A stretch of 64,000 nt of DNA from an uncultured delta proteobacterium (GTDB lineage: Bacteria; Myxococcota_A; Polyangia; Fen-1088): assembly GCA_963796685.1 (NCBI GenBank), contig CAWCMR010000005.1, positions 32,001-96,000 on the forward strand, given 5' to 3'. The translations under genes were made by a program, and so were the position numbers. Shown in pieces: positions 1 to 9,753 of the stretch. Under the pieces are notes generated by a model, which worked only from the letters and a program-made list of their open reading frames with translations, made no database searches and was not told the DNA's origin. Each line of letters opens with the position of its first letter. The first letter of the stretch is position 1.

Positions 1-587
1 TTTCCAATTCCTTTTACGATGGCACCTCCCAATAGCGAAGCAGCTGATGTTAGAGCCCAGTCAACCAACATGGATACCAAGCCACGGCAAACATCAGCCC
101 AGGTCAAACCGGCATAGACCGTGTTCAGGAGGGTAATTGGATATCCTGTCGGCAGTGAGACCGGATCGCCACAATCAAGGCTCAAATCCATGGCATACAG
201 GATGCCAACCGCCATGTCCGCTGGTCCGGCTTGGGTCTTCACCTTCACAGATCCTGAACCAAACTCATTCTTCGATCCGGCTCCAAGAGCGATAATAGGA
301 AGCAGGGTGTTTGCCCAGATGTGTCCCCCATGGGGACCGGCGTCGTGCTGGCGTCCGCAGGCATAGCCCCAACCGGCCGAAACAGTGTTCGTTGGAACGA
401 GTGCATCGGGGGAGGAAGCCCGGCTAGTCACCGAGCTCAATGGGAATCCCATCTTGGCGGATAGACCAACCCCCCAAACAACTACATGCGGCATGGGGGC
501 CGGGGGCATTGGTGGAAGCGAATTATGAATATCAACCCCGACAATCGGTTGAATCGTATTCAAGCAAGGATACGGAATACCTGGCAT
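1..587 (-). CDS. PAAR-like/Rhs N-terminal-type T6SS tip or effector protein (3' end runs off window)
   Basis: Not in ORF track. Manual translation from ATG 587 (RBS-like AGGAAGG) is open to base 1: MPGIPYPCLNTIQPIVGVDIHNSLPPMPPAPMPH...GSGSVKV...DCGDPVSLP. The GxDxH..PP.P.PH motif resembles PAAR-like Rhs N-termini. Directly downstream of DUF2169. Confidence 0.55.
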   Translation of the reverse strand, partial: MPGIPYPCLNTIQPIVGVDIHNSLPPMPPAPMPHVVVWGVGLSAKMGFPLSSVTSRASSPDALVPTNTVSAGWGYACGRQHDAGPHGGHIWANTLLPIIALGAGSKNEFGSGSVKVKTQAGPADMAVGILYAMDLSLDCGDPVSLPTGYPITLLNTVYAGLTWADVCRGLVSMLVDWALTSAASLLGGAIVKGIG

Positions 588-603
588 TTTGTGCCTTCCT
601 TCT

Positions 604-1845
604 TCACGCCAATTCCCCAACCTCGGACAGCGTGGCTTGACGTGTCTGTTCCGATTGGAACTGATAGCTGAAGTTGGCCCGGTTTGTAATGACGACCTTA
701 CGTACATCCGACCATATGTAGACACCGTCGATTCGGCTCTCGACATCGACCGTCTTCCCCGAAGTATTGACTTCAAGACCAAGACGGACGGATGGAAGGG
801 TGATGGCCAGTGGCTTTTCATCCAGTCCCTGAACGGCGATGGTCTCAGACGGTGCAACTTTGTCTACGACGAGCTTTGGATGGGCGTTGTTGAACAGAAG
901 TGGTGAAACCGACTGGATCGACTTCCTGTCGGCGGCAATCTTGATCGCTTCCTGCGCTCGCAAGCCCCAAATCATCGGGTATGGAGCAAACCCTGCGACA
1001 GGCTGGCGATCCGACCATTGGTAGTTTTCGGAGGAGGCGGCATCTTCTATGTTCGGAAGCTGGTGGTCTACCGCCTGCTCGGCTTCCAGATAGAAGCCGA
1101 TGCCCCATGGATTCTCAGGATGAGGGGCCTGATATCCAGCAAAGTCCGCCGAACCGCCATATGCACGCTTATAGGAAAGCGGCATTTCAGTGAATGGAGT
1201 GGGCGCCGTCGGTGACAATGCCGTCGCCGCGCGTCCCGTCTTCTTCCATGTACGGTCCCCGAGAACCCGCAATTCTCGGACAATCGATCCGATCGTGATT
1301 GAGACACGCGCCCTGGTCACAGGACGCAGTCGACGGATGGTTCCTAAAACCGCGACATCGGCGCCTTTCTTGCGGATGAAATGATCCCCGTGGAAGATTC
1401 CATAGGGAGTCTCCAGAAAATCTGGAGAAAGGGGCAATGGCTCGTCTGCGGGCCTCAGATGGCCGTCCTCGACGATGTCATATGTCCTCTTGACAATAAC
1501 AACAGCAGAGAGAGCCTCAGTTTGAAGGTTCGCGACCTGGAGGATCGCTGGCCATCTTGTCTCTACCTTCTCTCTCGCCTCCACGAGGAATTCGTCACAG
1601 CGAATACCCACACGACGCGCGGCCTCGACCTCGATTGATGATCCCTTCACCGACACGACTGGTCCCGTGGCATCAAGCCGTATTTCAAAGGATAGCTCCG
1701 TGGCGCCCGTGGCGGAAGATATTGTCACAACTGCCTGTTCCGACGTCGCCTGAACCGTCAAAGTACGCCCCTGCCTCATTGCCAGAACGGCCCTTCCGGG
1801 GTCGAGGCGTTGTTCAGGGATACATTCGACTGGTGGAGATGACAT
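604..1845 (-). CDS. DUF2169 family T6SS adaptor with an extra N-terminal ~95-aa segment
   Basis: DUF2169 motifs VIVKRTYDI, KKGADVAVLG, LRVLGDRTW, PFTEMPLSYKRAYGG, NPWGIGF, LPNIED, FNNAHP. Confidence 0.8.
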   Translation of the reverse strand: MSSPPVECIPEQRLDPGRAVLAMRQGRTLTVQATSEQAVVTISSATGATELSFEIRLDATGPVVSVKGSSIEVEAARRVGIRCDEFLVEAREKVETRWPAILQVANLQTEALSAVVIVKRTYDIVEDGHLRPADEPLPLSPDFLETPYGIFHGDHFIRKKGADVAVLGTIRRLRPVTRARVSITIGSIVRELRVLGDRTWKKTGRAATALSPTAPTPFTEMPLSYKRAYGGSADFAGYQAPHPENPWGIGFYLEAEQAVDHQLPNIEDAASSENYQWSDRQPVAGFAPYPMIWGLRAQEAIKIAADRKSIQSVSPLLFNNAHPKLVVDKVAPSETIAVQGLDEKPLAITLPSVRLGLEVNTSGKTVDVESRIDGVYIWSDVRKVVITNRANFSYQFQSEQTRQATLSEVGELA

Positions 1846-1903
1846 CGTTGACTCTTCACGGTACAAACCCATCCTGGGCGTGTCAAGGAGGGATATAGCG
1901 CCA

Positions 1904-2030
1904 TCATCCCTCGACAAGCGCAGCGACGTCGCGGGGCGCCGAGCCGAAGGCCGCGGTGGCGACCCGCTCTACGTACTCGACAAAGTTCCGGGGGTCTGGC
2001 ATGAGGAGTGCCTGAAGAACCCGACGAAAG
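1904..2030 (-). pseudogene. 3' remnant of a gene truncated at the suf-copy junction
   Basis: Frame LFRRVLQALLMPDPRNFVEYVERVATAAFGSAPRDVAALVEG* begins abruptly at the sufS fragment boundary. Confidence 0.4.
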
Positions 2031-2433
2031 AGCCGGCACGCCCGCCATCAACGGCGCCATCGCCCTTGGCGCCGCCATCGACTACGTCGAATCGTTCGGC
2101 ATGGCGGCCATCGAGCGCTACGAGGCCGAGCTTCTCGCCTACGCGGAAGCGGCCTTGAGCAAGCTCCCCGGCCTGCGCCTCATCGGCAAACCCAAGCACC
2201 GGGCCGGCGCCATCTCCTTCATGCTGGGCGACATCCATCCCCACGACCTCGGGACCGTGCTGGATCGCTATGGCGTCGCCATTCGCGCCGGACACCACTG
2301 CGCGCAGCCCACCATGAAACGCATGGGCGTGCCGGGAACCGCGCGCGCCTCGTTCGCCTTCTACAACAAGCCCGAAGAGGTCGACACCTTGGTCGACTGC
2401 CTCACGGAGGCCCAGAAAGTGTTCCACCCATGA
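2031..2433 (+). pseudogene. sufS: 5'-truncated cysteine desulfurase (C-terminal ~130 aa only), copy 1
   Basis: AGTP...HPHDLGTVLD..GVAIRAGHHCAQP..GTARASFAFYN. Lacks the N-terminal PLP-binding region. Confidence 0.9.
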
Positions 2434-2909
2434 ACGAGCTCGACCAGCTCTACCAGGAAGTGATCCTCGATCACCAGCGCAACCCGCGCAACTACGCCAA
2501 GTTGCCCACGGCCAACCACCAGGCCGAGGGCGCCAATCCCCTGTGCGGCGATCACGTCACCGTGTACCTCGACGTCAAGGACGGGGTCATCCGCGACATC
2601 AGCTTCCAAGGCGAGGGCTGCGCCATCGCCAAGGCCTCGGCGTCCATGATGACCTCGGTGGTGAAGGGAAAGTCCCTGGCCGACGCCTCCGAGACCTTCA
2701 AGCGCTTCCACCAGATGATCACCGGCGGCCAAGACCCCTGCTTCGACCTCGAAGACCTGGGCAAGCTCGCCGCCTTCTCCGGCGTGAGCGCGTTCCCCGT
2801 GCGGGTCAAGTGCGCAAGCCTGGCCTGGCACACCTTGAACGCGGCCATGCACGAAACCACGCCTCCCCCGCCCGCCGGAGGCGAGCCCAACAAGGAGCCC
2901 CAGAAGTGA
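2430..2909 (+). CDS. sufU: SUF system NifU-family protein, copy 1
   Basis: LYQEVILDH, NPLCGD, GEGCAIAKASASMM, FPVRVKCASLAWH; overlaps sufS stop. Confidence 0.93.
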   Translation: MNELDQLYQEVILDHQRNPRNYAKLPTANHQAEGANPLCGDHVTVYLDVKDGVIRDISFQGEGCAIAKASASMMTSVVKGKSLADASETFKRFHQMITGGQDPCFDLEDLGKLAAFSGVSAFPVRVKCASLAWHTLNAAMHETTPPPPAGGEPNKEPQK

Positions 2910-3301
2910 CGGCGACGCCCAATCCCCAGCCCGCACCCGCCCCATCACCCGATCCGCCATCGGGCTCCACGGCCAACGATGCGGCCACCGCCCAGTTGGA
3001 GCGCCTGGTGTGGCAGGAGCTGCGCGAGTGCTACGACCCGGAGATCCCCGTCAACATCGTGGAGCTGGGGCTCGTGTATGCCATGCGCTCCGAGCCCCTG
3101 CCCGAGGGCGGCCACCGGGTCGAGGTCCTCATGACCGTGACCTCACCCGCCTGTGGCATGTCCGAGATCCTGCGCTCGGAGGCCGACGCGCGCATCCGCA
3201 AGCTGCCCGGCGTCGCCCAGGTCGAGGTGGCCATCACCTTCGACCCGCCCTGGACCCCCGAGCTCATGAGCGACGACGCGCGGATGATGCTGAATTTGTG
3301 A
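2906..3301 (+). CDS. sufT: Fe-S assembly protein, DUF59/SufT (PaaD-like), copy 1
   Basis: YDPEIPVNIVELGLVY, MTVTSPACGM, FDPPWTPELMS; GTG start overlaps sufU stop. Confidence 0.88.
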   Translation: MTATPNPQPAPAPSPDPPSGSTANDAATAQLERLVWQELRECYDPEIPVNIVELGLVYAMRSEPLPEGGHRVEVLMTVTSPACGMSEILRSEADARIRKLPGVAQVEVAITFDPPWTPELMSDDARMMLNL

Positions 3302-3452
3302 CCAGCCCCTCGGCCTGGAACGCGCGCACGCGCTCTTCGCGCTCGACCTCCGGTATGGAGCCGTTGAGAGTCAGGGTGCGCAGGCCCGCCCAGGCAAGCA
3401 GGGGGCGGCAATCGCGCAACTTTCATGACTCGCTGACCGACATCCCTCCTTT

Positions 3453-4163
3453 GTGGAGGCAGCGGCATGCGCACAGCCCGCGTCTGCGGGACCGGTCTAT
3501 TCACGCCGGCAGCCGGAGAAGACTGCCTTGTACAGGGTCATGCAGGAACATCTGCTGACCTTCGAGCAGCAGTGGACCGACGAGGCCAATGGCCGGACAC
3601 TGCCCGGCTTCGTGACCGACGAGCTGCACGGATTCATGTCGTGCGGAATCTTGGGGCGAGGCTTCGCACACCTTTTCTGTAAGACCTGCCACGAACAGCG
3701 AGGTGGTTCCCTCACCCGTCGAGCCGGCGTCCCCCGCGCAGGACAAGCCCAAGAACACTTCGAGGTATATTTCTTGGTCCGAACTTTTGCGCCGCACCTT
3801 CGGGTTCGAAATCGCCTGCCAGAAATGTAAGGCCCCGCTCCGCCTGATCGCACTCATCAAGAGCGAGGACATCGCCAAGAAGATCCTGACCGCGATGCAC
3901 CTGCCAACGGAGATCCCGGAGCTACGCCCAGCGCGCCCGCCGCCCCTGAAGGCGGGTGGCAGCGCTGACTGGCTGAACTGAACACGACCTCTCCGGGGCT
4001 GTGATGGGGTGGACTACGCCTTGTGATTGAGACAGCCCGTTCGGCACCCGAATCGCGCCATCAAACCCGCTCCGTAGGGCACTCCAGGCGCACGCGAGGG
4101 TGTGGTGGCACAGGGCGGCACGGGTTTTCGGACCGGAAATCCCCCCCTTCGATTCGCTTATGC
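3453..4163 (+). mobile_element. Internally deleted IS91/ISCR-family rolling-circle element with putative ori end
   Basis: N-terminal Zn-binding region YSRRQPEKTALYRV..CGILGRGFAHLFCKTC is joined at ~3700 to the C-terminus SWSELLRRTFGFEIACQKCKAPLRLIALI..ARPPP; the catalytic core is absent. The downstream non-coding end finishes ...CCCTTCGATTCGCTTATGC at 4163. Confidence 0.8.
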
Positions 4164-4524
4164 ACCGCCTGCCGACTTGTCCGCAAGCACCGCCCCCGCA
4201 CCTCCGCCCCCGAGCACCCCCACGCCACCTGCGTTCACCAAGCCATCCAAGCCGCCCCCTTCTGGCACAAGGTGTCGGTACATCAGATGGGCCCAGCTTC
4301 TACGTCTGACGTTCGGGTTGACGGTCGACGAGTGTCCTGCATGTGGGGGCCGGATGAAACTGCGCGCTCTCGTTCGCGACCCCGAAAGCATCGAGCACTT
4401 CTTGCGCCACCAAGGCATCTGGTCGCCACCACAAGACATTGCGCCAGCGCGTGCGCCGCCCTACCACCGCAAGGTGACCCGCCTTTCGCCGACACGCCAG
4501 CAAGATCTCTTCCCCGAGACATGA
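4164..4524 (+). mobile_element. C-terminal remnant of a second, divergent IS91-family transposase
   Basis: RWAQLLRLTFGLTVDECPACGGRMKLRALV...APARAPP. Confidence 0.75.
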
Positions 4525-4843
4525 GCTTGGCCCGGCCTGCACGACAAGCGGCGCCCGGCTACCGGGCGTAGCCTGCCCTGCCGACGCCAAAGGCAATCTG
4601 GCTTACACACACGTTCCACCCCAATCAGCCAAATCCGCCCAGCCGCTCTCCCGTGGCCCCGGCGAACCCAATGCCCACGACCGGCTGACCCGGCCACCAG
4701 ATCTTCATTAATGCGATGTGCAACGGCTCAAATCGATTACGGACAGCACAGTGACAATCGTCAGCATCGCTTGACTTTGATAGTGTTCTTTAGCCACGCT
4801 TGGCCTTCAAGCGACTACCCTTGAACCGACGATAGGAGAAGCT

Positions 4844-5308
4844 ATGCATCGACCTCAATTTACGCAAGCCTGGGCTTCGTTTCAGACCGTTCTCGGAAAT
4901 GGCACGGTGGCAGCTGTCGGGAATCTTATTGGTGGCAAGGTGAAGGCGAATATCGATGCGAAGATCTTCACCAACGCCTGCGCCCTGCGAATGAGCTACG
5001 TCTTAAATCGAACAGGTGTGCGCATTCATCCGCACGCGAACCAGACTGTTTCCGGCGGCGACCACGATCACTACTACTTTCGCGTAAAGGATCTGCTTGA
5101 GTTTCTGCGCCGCACCTTTGGCAAGCCCGACGCCATTCTTCCTGGTTCCAACACGACGGCCCTGACCAGGAAGAAGGGACTACTCGTTTTTGAAGTCGCA
5201 GTTTGGCGGGACGCTACCGGCCATGCAACCTTGTGGGATGGTGTCTCTTGCTCGGACCATTGTTACTTTCTTGAGGCAAAACATCTCCTGTTTTGGGCCT
5301 TGTCATGA
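4844..5308 (+). CDS. Type VI secretion peptidoglycan amidase effector, Tae4 family
   Basis: NACALRMSYVLN (catalytic Cys), KKGLLVF, WRDATGHATLWDG (His), CSDHCYF. Confidence 0.88.
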   Translation: MHRPQFTQAWASFQTVLGNGTVAAVGNLIGGKVKANIDAKIFTNACALRMSYVLNRTGVRIHPHANQTVSGGDHDHYYFRVKDLLEFLRRTFGKPDAILPGSNTTALTRKKGLLVFEVAVWRDATGHATLWDGVSCSDHCYFLEAKHLLFWALS

Positions 5309-5679
5309 TGCGTGTTTTCGTCGGAACGATTGCTCTTCTGCTTGCCCGGCCAGCCGTGCCTGCCGATAGTTCCAAGCCTGAGGTGCCCAAGTATTCACAG
5401 GTGGAGCTGCTCAAGAATTACGCGACAGCGAGATGCCTAAGCCGAGCTTTTCCTGGCTCGGTCCTCGAACCTGATGCGGCCGCAAGTGCCGCCGGATACC
5501 TGGAACGAGGATCGGTAAGCGCCGATGCCTATGTCGAGATCGCAAAGCTTGCCGATACGTTCTTGGCGCGGAAATATCCCAGCCAGTCAGGCCAACCCTT
5601 GCAGACGATGAAATGCATCGATCTGTTTCAGAGCAAGGATCTGAACCTCGTCGTCAAACGGTTCGCGGGGAAGCGATAA
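5305..5679 (+). CDS. Amidase immunity protein, Tai4 family
   Basis: Signal peptide; LLKNYATARCL, DAAASAAGYLE, TMKCIDLF; ATGA overlap with the effector stop. Confidence 0.85.
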   Translation: MMRVFVGTIALLLARPAVPADSSKPEVPKYSQVELLKNYATARCLSRAFPGSVLEPDAAASAAGYLERGSVSADAYVEIAKLADTFLARKYPSQSGQPLQTMKCIDLFQSKDLNLVVKRFAGKR

Positions 5680-6059
5680 CGAGACGATCTTCGGCCTCAG
5701 GACGTGTGATGGAGTCTCTTTCTGGCTGACGGTGGTGATTCCGGCGCATGCGGAGGTCGTCAATCGACGAGCCGGACCATGTGTCCGCCGCAAGAACTCG
5801 GTACAGGTCGAATCGACGCCAGCCTTCATCGGGATTGACCGGGTGGTTGCCCAAGATCGGGTTGCAGCGAGGGTTGGGCAGCGCCACCATGGGGTCAAGG
5901 TGCGCCTGGATCTTGTGTGCGAACGCGCGAGAGCCGGCTGGGGACACACGAATCGCGTGCTACATACCTTGCACGAGCTGTGCTGCTGCGGTCGTCTCAG
6001 GCGACCCGCGCGTAGTACTCGTGATGTAGCCCACCGAGGACTGGTCGAGAAACAACGTC

Positions 6060-7000
6060 CTTGGGTGGAACCCGTCGCACGGGCGGCAACCAACGCGCGC
6101 CCGCTGGGGGTTCGTCGGCGGGCTGGTCTTGCTCCTCGGCGGTGCCGCGTCGCTGGTGGCAGCCGGCACGGTCAAGGTCAAGATGTTGCCCTTCGACAAC
6201 AAGGCCGAGTTTCAGGTTCAACTGGACATGCCCGCGGGAACGCCCCGTGAAGATGCTTTCGTCGTGGGCCAGGCTCTGGCGCGCCGGGTGTTGGAAGAGC
6301 CCGAGGTGCTGGATGTCCAGGTCTACGCCGGCGTGGCCGCGCCCTTCACGTTCGTGGGCATGGTTCGCCACAGCTTCTTCAGGGACGCGCCCGAGCAGGT
6401 CGATCTGCAAGTCAACCTGGTGCCCAAGGGCAAGCGCAAGGCGCAAAGCCGCGCCATCGTCATGCGTCTGCGGCCGGCGCTGGAGGCGATTGCCGGCGCC
6501 AAGGGCGGCCGGCTCAAGCTGGTCGAGATTCCGCCCGGCCCGCCCGTGCTCGATACCCTGGTCGCCGAGATCTACGGACCGAGTGTGGCAGAGCGCGATC
6601 GCCTGGCGCGCGAGACGCTGGCGGCCTTTCGCTCCACCGCGGGTGTGGTCGACATCGATTCGACCTTGAACCCGACAACACCCAAAATTTCCATCGACAT
6701 CGATCACGAGAAGTCGGCCCTGCACGGGGTGGCACCGGCGGCGGTGGTGCAGACCCTGGCCGCGGCCGGGTACGGCGCGCAACACGGGCTCTTCCACGGC
6801 GGGCATGGCGCCAATCAGATCCCCATCATCCTGCAGCTTGCGCCGGCCCAGCGCAGCCGCATCGATCAATTGCTGCAACTGACGGTGCCCGGGGTTCGCG
6901 GTCCGGTCCCACTATCCGAGCTGGTGCACTCCACCACCGGATTCGCCGATCCCGACATCTTTCACAAGAACCTGATGCCCGTGTCGTATGTCTTCGGCGG
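6060..7000 (+). pseudogene. Internal fragment of AcrB/CusA-family RND efflux permease
   Basis: VKMLPFDNKAEFQVQLDMPAGT, EIPPGPPVLDTLVAEIYGP, IFHKNLMPV; ~310 aa of a ~1000-aa family, both ends missing. Confidence 0.85.
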
Positions 7001-7039
7001 CCTGCGCCGCGGAAGCCAGCTCGGCGCCTCGCAGCTCCC

Positions 7040-7119
7040 TCCAGGCACGTGCGAGGGTGCGGTGGCGCCGGGAGGCATCGGTTCTCGGACCGGAATTGCC
7101 CCCTTCGATTTGGCCATGC
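7040..7119 (+). repeat. Second copy of the putative IS91 ori end (homologous to 4083-4163)
   Basis: Manual alignment gives about 80% identity over ~80 bp, both ending ...CCCTTCGATT..ATGC. Confidence 0.75.
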
Positions 7120-7191
7120 TCATGCGCTCAACCGACGAGGACGCCAGCGCGCGAAAGACCAAGCCAGATGGTTGCAGAACGCCGCGGTCAG

Positions 7192-7428
7192 AGCCTTTGA
7201 TGCCCTTGGAGCGCAGTCGTTCAAGCAGGCGATAGACGGTCCTAACTCACCGTCCAAGCGCCGTGGCCCCGGCCTCGACACCCAGTCGACGAGCCTCAAC
7301 CTGTCTGAGAATCCCGATGCGTTGCATTTCCTTCATGGTCAGTACCAACTTCTCGTCTGGTCCCATGGACCACGACAGTAGTGACATTTTTACTCGGCAG
7401 TTGGACTGACAGATTCATTCGGCTGCCA
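7192..7428 (-). mobile_element. Left end and 5' remnant of an IS1202/ISNCY-like transposase
   Basis: ATG 7366: MGPDEKLVLTMKEMQRIGILRQVEARRLGVEAGATALGR*VRTVYRLLERLRSKG (HTH with internal stop); upstream tandem motifs GCCGAATGAATCTGTCA and GCCGAGTAAAAATGTCA. Confidence 0.6.
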
Positions 7429-7464
7429 TGGGGACCACGACGCTCACGCCAAAATATTGGAAAC

Positions 7465-7479
7465 TGTGTATGCTACACA
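7465..7479. promoter_or_regulatory. Palindrome TGTGTA-tgc-TACACA just upstream of the HAD gene
   Basis: Perfect 6-bp inverted repeat 5 bp before ATG 7485; operator role is inferred. Confidence 0.3.
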
Positions 7480-7484
7480 CTGTC

Positions 7485-8201
7485 ATGCCTGTGTGCGGCA
7501 TCCTCTTCGACATCGGCGACACCCTCCTCGCCGCAACTCTCCTCCAAGAGCAAGCCTTGCGCGAGGCCAGCCACGCACTCGAGATGGCGGGGCTTGTCCC
7601 TGATAGCGAAAGCCTTCGCCTGGCGTATTCAAGTGCGGACCAGGAGGCCGGCTTTCAGGATCTCCCTGACCTCAACCACCTCTATGCCGACCCTCGCGTC
7701 TTCGAAAGAGCGTGCGGCTCACTCGGTTGGCAGAACAGTGACGCCCTGACCTGGGAATTCCTTACCATCCATCGAAACCAGGTACGGAAGTGCATCCGCC
7801 CCAATCCCGAGCATATCGAAAGCATTCAGCGACTTGCCTCGAGAGGCTTCCGCCTCGGAGTCGTTTCCAACGGCACAACGGTTGAGCAACAGGAGCAGCT
7901 TCGTCTTCTGGAGCTCGACCAGTTCTTCTCGCCGATAGTTGTTTCCCAACAAGCGGGCATCAGGAAGCCGACTCCGGCCATTTTCCACCTGGCGATACGA
8001 GATTGGGGGATCCCGGCTTCGCAGATCTTGATGGTGGGTGACCGTCCCGACATCGACATACTCGGCGCTAAGCGCGCCGGAATGAAAGCCGCATTAACTT
8101 GGGAATTCGTGTCCCACCCCACAGAGATGATCCCAGTTCTGCCCGACTGCCTGGTCGCCAGTATCGCCGAACTAGCCAGACGCCTGGAGGCTCTACCGTG
8201 A
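7485..8201 (+). CDS. HAD-IA family hydrolase (nucleotidase/phosphatase-like)
   Basis: ILFDIGDTL, VVSNG, RKPTPAIF, MVGDRPDIDILGA. Confidence 0.9.
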   Translation: MPVCGILFDIGDTLLAATLLQEQALREASHALEMAGLVPDSESLRLAYSSADQEAGFQDLPDLNHLYADPRVFERACGSLGWQNSDALTWEFLTIHRNQVRKCIRPNPEHIESIQRLASRGFRLGVVSNGTTVEQQEQLRLLELDQFFSPIVVSQQAGIRKPTPAIFHLAIRDWGIPASQILMVGDRPDIDILGAKRAGMKAALTWEFVSHPTEMIPVLPDCLVASIAELARRLEALP

Positions 8202-9599
8202 GTGCACAGCATCACCTATGCCGAAGAGAATCTCCTCGAGTTTCTCCAGAATCACGACATACCCGCGACGGAAGCAGCAGCATACGCGGTTACCTTGTGC
8301 CGAGGATACGCCACGTCGCGCCAATCCCTGCGCGACATCCTAGATATCTTCCTTCCGGCGCGCGAGGACAATGACGAGTCGGAAATCGCGAAGCATCTTG
8401 ATCACCTGCTTCAAATCGGCTTGTTGCAGGCGAGACGGCTCCCGGATGGCGAAGTCATCTCGGCCGCACATCCATGGCAACAAGCGCTTCATAAGGCCCT
8501 ACACCTTACAGACGGCTTGGATCGCGTGCTGGTCAGGACAGTTGAAGACAGCCGCAGATCATTCCAAGCAAAGTCACCACGAGAACTTCGCCTAATCGAA
8601 CGACTTGGCTCCGCCTCGTCTCCCCCTTCAGAGAAAGCACTTCAGCGTGCCATCATGGATGCCAGAAGCAGGTTACGCCTTGGCGTCTACTCCTCTCAGG
8701 GCTTGTTCCATACTGTCAGTCCCATTGTTCGACGGTCGCTGATTGACAACAAGGCTTTCGACGTTCAAATACTGATGTTTTCACCCGAGCTCGCGGCATC
8801 TATAGAGAAGAACGGGAACCTTGCTCGCCACGTTGAGAATCGCACAGCCGCGTGGCTGCAGCTCTTCGAGGGCGCCCGAAAAGAAGCCGAAGGTCGCGGG
8901 AACAAGCCTAGAATGGAGATTCGTTGGATTGACAATCCGCGGTTGATCGCTTTTCACCGTACTGTTCTCATCGATGAAGACGTATGGTTCTATGCGATCC
9001 ACCGTGTCGGAAAGGAGAGAGGCATCGATGCTGTTCTCTATCGCGGAACAGAGGGTGAGAGCAATATCTATAAGATGCTCGACTTCTATTGGCAGACAGC
9101 ATGGGCCGCTGCTCGACCGACTGTTTCGAGTGGCCGGCCCAGGCTATTCATCGGCTCTTCTTCAGAAGCCCTTCCGACTGCCCGCGCCCTGTGCGAAGCT
9201 TTGGAACGAGATGCAGAGACGACACTTTGGGACGATGGCATCTTTGAGCCTTCACTGACGCCGCTCGAATCGTTGGTGAAGAAGCTCGATGACTTCGACT
9301 TTGCCGTCCTGGTGGCGAGCGGTGATGACTCAACGGTCTCACGGGGTATTGCTGCGCCTTCCCCACGCGACAATGTTCTCCTTGAGCTCGGTATGTTCAT
9401 CGCTAAACTCGGACGTCATCGCACCTTTGTTGTGTCGAAGCGTGAGCCACATGCGAAGTTCCCCTCCGATTTGGCTGGTGTCGAGATTGTCACCTTCGAA
9501 GAGCGACAATACCAGAACCCCAAGGCGCAAGTCGCAGCCGCTAGCAACCGAATCCGAACCGCAATGTCCACCCTGGGGCCCATCAGGTCAGGGCGATAA
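8202..9599 (+). CDS. Multidomain protein: TrmB-like wHTH + PLD-like (DUF5919-type) domain + Cap12/Pycsar-type TIR domain
   Basis: C-terminal [45 protein letters not shown] (TIR, strong). Middle [27 protein letters not shown] (PLD-like, no HKD). N-terminal [19 protein letters not shown] (wHTH, weaker). Confidence 0.78.
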   Translation: MHSITYAEENLLEFLQNHDIPATEAAAYAVTLCRGYATSRQSLRDILDIFLPAREDNDESEIAKHLDHLLQIGLLQARRLPDGEVISAAHPWQQALHKALHLTDGLDRVLVRTVEDSRRSFQAKSPRELRLIERLGSASSPPSEKALQRAIMDARSRLRLGVYSSQGLFHTVSPIVRRSLIDNKAFDVQILMFSPELAASIEKNGNLARHVENRTAAWLQLFEGARKEAEGRGNKPRMEIRWIDNPRLIAFHRTVLIDEDVWFYAIHRVGKERGIDAVLYRGTEGESNIYKMLDFYWQTAWAAARPTVSSGRPRLFIGSSSEALPTARALCEALERDAETTLWDDGIFEPSLTPLESLVKKLDDFDFAVLVASGDDSTVSRGIAAPSPRDNVLLELGMFIAKLGRHRTFVVSKREPHAKFPSDLAGVEIVTFEERQYQNPKAQVAAASNRIRTAMSTLGPIRSGR

Positions 9600-9753
9600 T
9601 GCCTTCGCGCGAACGAACCTCGGAACCGAGGCGCATTCTGATTCTCGGTGGTGCGGGGTTTGTCGGGTCGCACCTCTGTGCGGATCTTCTCTCCGAAGGA
9701 CATAAGGTTGCGGTCTTTGACAACCTAAGCAGTGGCCGGCGAGACCGCCTGGC
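9599..9753 (+). pseudogene. NAD-dependent epimerase/dehydratase, 3'-truncated by suf copy 2
   Basis: [36 protein letters not shown]; TAATG coupling to the TIR gene. Confidence 0.85.

Noticed and set aside
5680-6060. Possible gene between Tai4 and the RND fragment
   Set aside because: The minus-strand frame is protein-like but broken by a stop and matches no family I recognise.
8202-9599. Calling the TIR gene CBASS, Pycsar or Thoeris
   Set aside because: No CD-NTase, pyrimidine cyclase, STING, cNMP-binding or SIR2/macro partner is visible in the window.
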